Assembly (NCBI GenBank): GCA_043822705.1
Contig: JBDRBK010000164.1
Span: 1-17,991 of the forward strand
Length of the DNA stretch: 17,991 bases
Reading direction: 5' to 3'
Source of the DNA: Fidelibacterota bacterium
GTDB lineage: Bacteria; Fidelibacterota; Marinisomatia; Marinisomatales; TCS56
Part shown: one piece after another, positions 16,128 to 17,991 of the stretch
Layout: each line of letters begins with the position of its first letter
Numbering within the stretch: position 1 is the stretch's first letter
The notes under the pieces: model-generated
The model's database searches: none
What the model was told of the DNA's origin: nothing
Seen by the model: only the letters and a program-made list of their open reading frames with translations
Made by a program: the position numbers and the translations under genes

Positions 16128-16650
16128 CCAGCCGGCCGCAATCCTCGTCCTGGGGCTGGGTAACATCCTGCTCCAGGACGAGGGCGTGGGGGTGCGGGCC
16201 GTCGCTAGTCTGAGTAATAATTTCCGGTTTCGTCCGCAGATAGATATTGTCGACGGCGGCACCGCCGGACTGGACCTGCTGCCGGAATTCGACGACCGGG
16301 AAAAAATACTGATTGTCGACGCCGTGGAATTCAACCAGCCGCCGGGCTACATCGGCCTGATTGAAAATGATGCTATCCTGGTGCGAATCCAGACCAAGCT
16401 ATCAATCCATCACCTGGGACTGGCGGACGTGCTCAGCGCCGCCAAGATGCTGGATAAAATGCCGGCGGAAATCGTGCTGGTGGGCGTTCAGCCGGGTGGG
16501 GTGAATCCGGTCTTGGAATTGACGCCGGCCGTGGATAAAATCATGCCACGCGTTCTGGAAGCGATACTGACCCGGCTGCAACAGTGGGGCGTCGCTGCGG
16601 AACGGACGGCAGCGGAAAAGCGAGCGGGGGTATTCAATCTTTTTGATTAA
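16111..16650 (+). CDS. hybD: Hydrogenase maturation protease HyaD/HybD
   Basis: Motifs LGLGNILLQDEGVG, DGGT, IVDAV and SIHHLG. Overlaps the end of hybC. Confidence 0.92.
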   Translation: MSVPGNQPAAILVLGLGNILLQDEGVGVRAVASLSNNFRFRPQIDIVDGGTAGLDLLPEFDDREKILIVDAVEFNQPPGYIGLIENDAILVRIQTKLSIHHLGLADVLSAAKMLDKMPAEIVLVGVQPGGVNPVLELTPAVDKIMPRVLEAILTRLQQWGVAAERTAAEKRAGVFNLFD

Positions 16651-16702
16651 TACTAACACCCGTCAATAATCAATCACCAAACCTGGTTACAGGTACTGAT
16701 TA

Positions 16703-17119
16703 GTGATGAGTATAATTAAAAAAATCTGCGGTATGCCGATGGAACATAAGCTGGCTGTGTTTCTGTGGCTGGTCATGCTCCATTCGTTGACGGTGGGCAT
16801 CGGACTGATCACTTCACCGGCCTGGCTGCTGCAACGCTTCGGCTTCGCCTTCGATCCCGCCCGTTTCTTCGTCACTCAGGGCGGCGTATTCCACCTGGTA
16901 ATGACCCTGTGCTACGGTCTGGCGGCTCACGATCAACACCGGTTCGAAGGCCTGGTGATATTATCCATCGCCGCCAAATCAATCGCCACCGTGTTCCTGT
17001 TGATATATTATCTGGCGGTGGTGCCACTGCCGGTCGTGCTGCTGTCGGCTCTGGCCGACTTCCTGATGGGACTGGTAATCTTCCTGTTGCACCGTAGTAG
17101 CCGGTCAGGAAATCGATGA
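16703..17119 (+). CDS. Small 4-TM membrane protein of unknown function
   Basis: Four hydrophobic segments and an ATGA overlap with the next gene. The start is uncertain (16703, 16733 or 16739). Confidence 0.72.
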   Translation: MMSIIKKICGMPMEHKLAVFLWLVMLHSLTVGIGLITSPAWLLQRFGFAFDPARFFVTQGGVFHLVMTLCYGLAAHDQHRFEGLVILSIAAKSIATVFLLIYYLAVVPLPVVLLSALADFLMGLVIFLLHRSSRSGNR

Positions 17120-17991
17120 GCGCGAAACAGCTACCCTGCATCCTGGTCACCGGTGCATCGGGCTTCATCGGCCGGAATTTCCTCGAGGCGGTGAAAAACG
17201 ATTTCCGGATACACGCGCTGGCCCGGCGACCGCAACAGGAAGTGGGTATTCCCCTGCACAGCAATATCAAATGGTACCTGGTGGATATCGCCGACCGCAA
17301 TCACCTGACCAAGATTTTCAATGAGATTCGCGAGAGCGGCTGTGTCGATTACGTATTTCATCTGGCCGGCTATTATGATTTTGGTAACGGTCCCAGCCCC
17401 GAATACGAAAGGACCAATGTCAACGGCACCCGCAATGTGCTGGAGTTGACCAGATCCCTGGCAATCAAGCGCTTCATCTTCGCCAGCTCGATCGCCGCCT
17501 GCAATTTCCCCGTGCCGGGTACTGCCCTCACCGAAGATTCACCGCTGGACGCGGACTACCCCTACGCCTGGAGCAAACGCGAAGGCGAAAAAATGATCGG
17601 TGAATTTTCGACCCATTTCCCCTGTTCGATCATCCGGTTCGCCGCCGTCTTCAGCGACTGGTGCGAATACGGCGTGCTGTACATGTTCATGAATGCTTGG
17701 TGCTCGGGACGCTGGAACGCGCGGATTCTCGGCGGTTCGGGTGAGTCGGCCATACCGTTCATTCATATCCGCGACCTGGTCAAGCTGGTAACGATCATCA
17801 TCGACAACACCGCCGTGCTGCCTGGCTACGACATCTACCTGGCCAGTCCCAATGGTTGCATCCCCCACCGGCAACTGTTCGAGCTGTCAACACGCTATTA
17901 TTTCGGCCAGTCACGCAAACCAATCGACATGCCCAAATGGCTGGCGCTGATTGGCGTTTACGGCCGCGATCTGCTGGGGCGTCTGATCGGC
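17116..17991 (+). CDS. NAD(P)-dependent epimerase/dehydratase (extended SDR), 3'-truncated; missing from the ORF track
   Basis: Manual translation from ATG 17116 gives MSAKQLPCILVTGASGFIG (TGxxGxxG), HLAGYYDF, NVNGT, ASS and YAWSK (YxxxK). The frame stays open to the window end. Confidence 0.9.
   Translation, partial: MSAKQLPCILVTGASGFIGRNFLEAVKNDFRIHALARRPQQEVGIPLHSNIKWYLVDIADRNHLTKIFNEIRESGCVDYVFHLAGYYDFGNGPSPEYERTNVNGTRNVLELTRSLAIKRFIFASSIAACNFPVPGTALTEDSPLDADYPYAWSKREGEKMIGEFSTHFPCSIIRFAAVFSDWCEYGVLYMFMNAWCSGRWNARILGGSGESAIPFIHIRDLVKLVTIIIDNTAVLPGYDIYLASPNGCIPHRQLFELSTRYYFGQSRKPIDMPKWLALIGVYGRDLLGRLIG

Noticed and set aside
14760..16334. 524-aa ORF on the - strand
   Set aside because: It lies antisense to hybC and hybD and has no recognisable motifs. 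It is a shadow frame expected from GC-biased codon usage, and the same applies to the other antisense and nested ORFs in the track.
16672..16701. Hairpin ACCTG-GTTA-CAGGT after hybD as a terminator
   Set aside because: The stem is short and there is no U-tract.

Overview
Bacterial energy-metabolism locus with two complete [NiFe]-hydrogenase gene sets in tandem on the + strand. The first is a cytoplasmic NAD(P)-linked group 3b ('sulfhydrogenase'-type, beta-gamma-delta-alpha) enzyme with its own maturation protease (3584-8093). The second is a Tat-exported, membrane-bound Hyb-type (group 1c-like; hybO-A-B-C-D) enzyme (11113-16650). Between them is an AT-richer four-gene regulatory block: a stand-alone receiver protein, a 6-TM histidine kinase with the RegB/PrrB quinone-binding motif GGxxNPF, a stand-alone tandem-ACT protein, and a MarR regulator with a Cys-rich C-terminal tail. 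The MarR gene has a sigma70-like promoter overlapped by a perfect 13-bp inverted repeat. On the left are the 3' part of a malic enzyme, a convergent gap packed with a terminator and REP-like palindromes, and a probably secreted prolyl oligopeptidase on the - strand. On the right are a small 4-TM protein and an extended-SDR gene that runs off the window. The best candidate for an undescribed system is the redox-sensing cassette, which may coordinate the two hydrogenases. All calls come from motifs read by eye; no searches were run.
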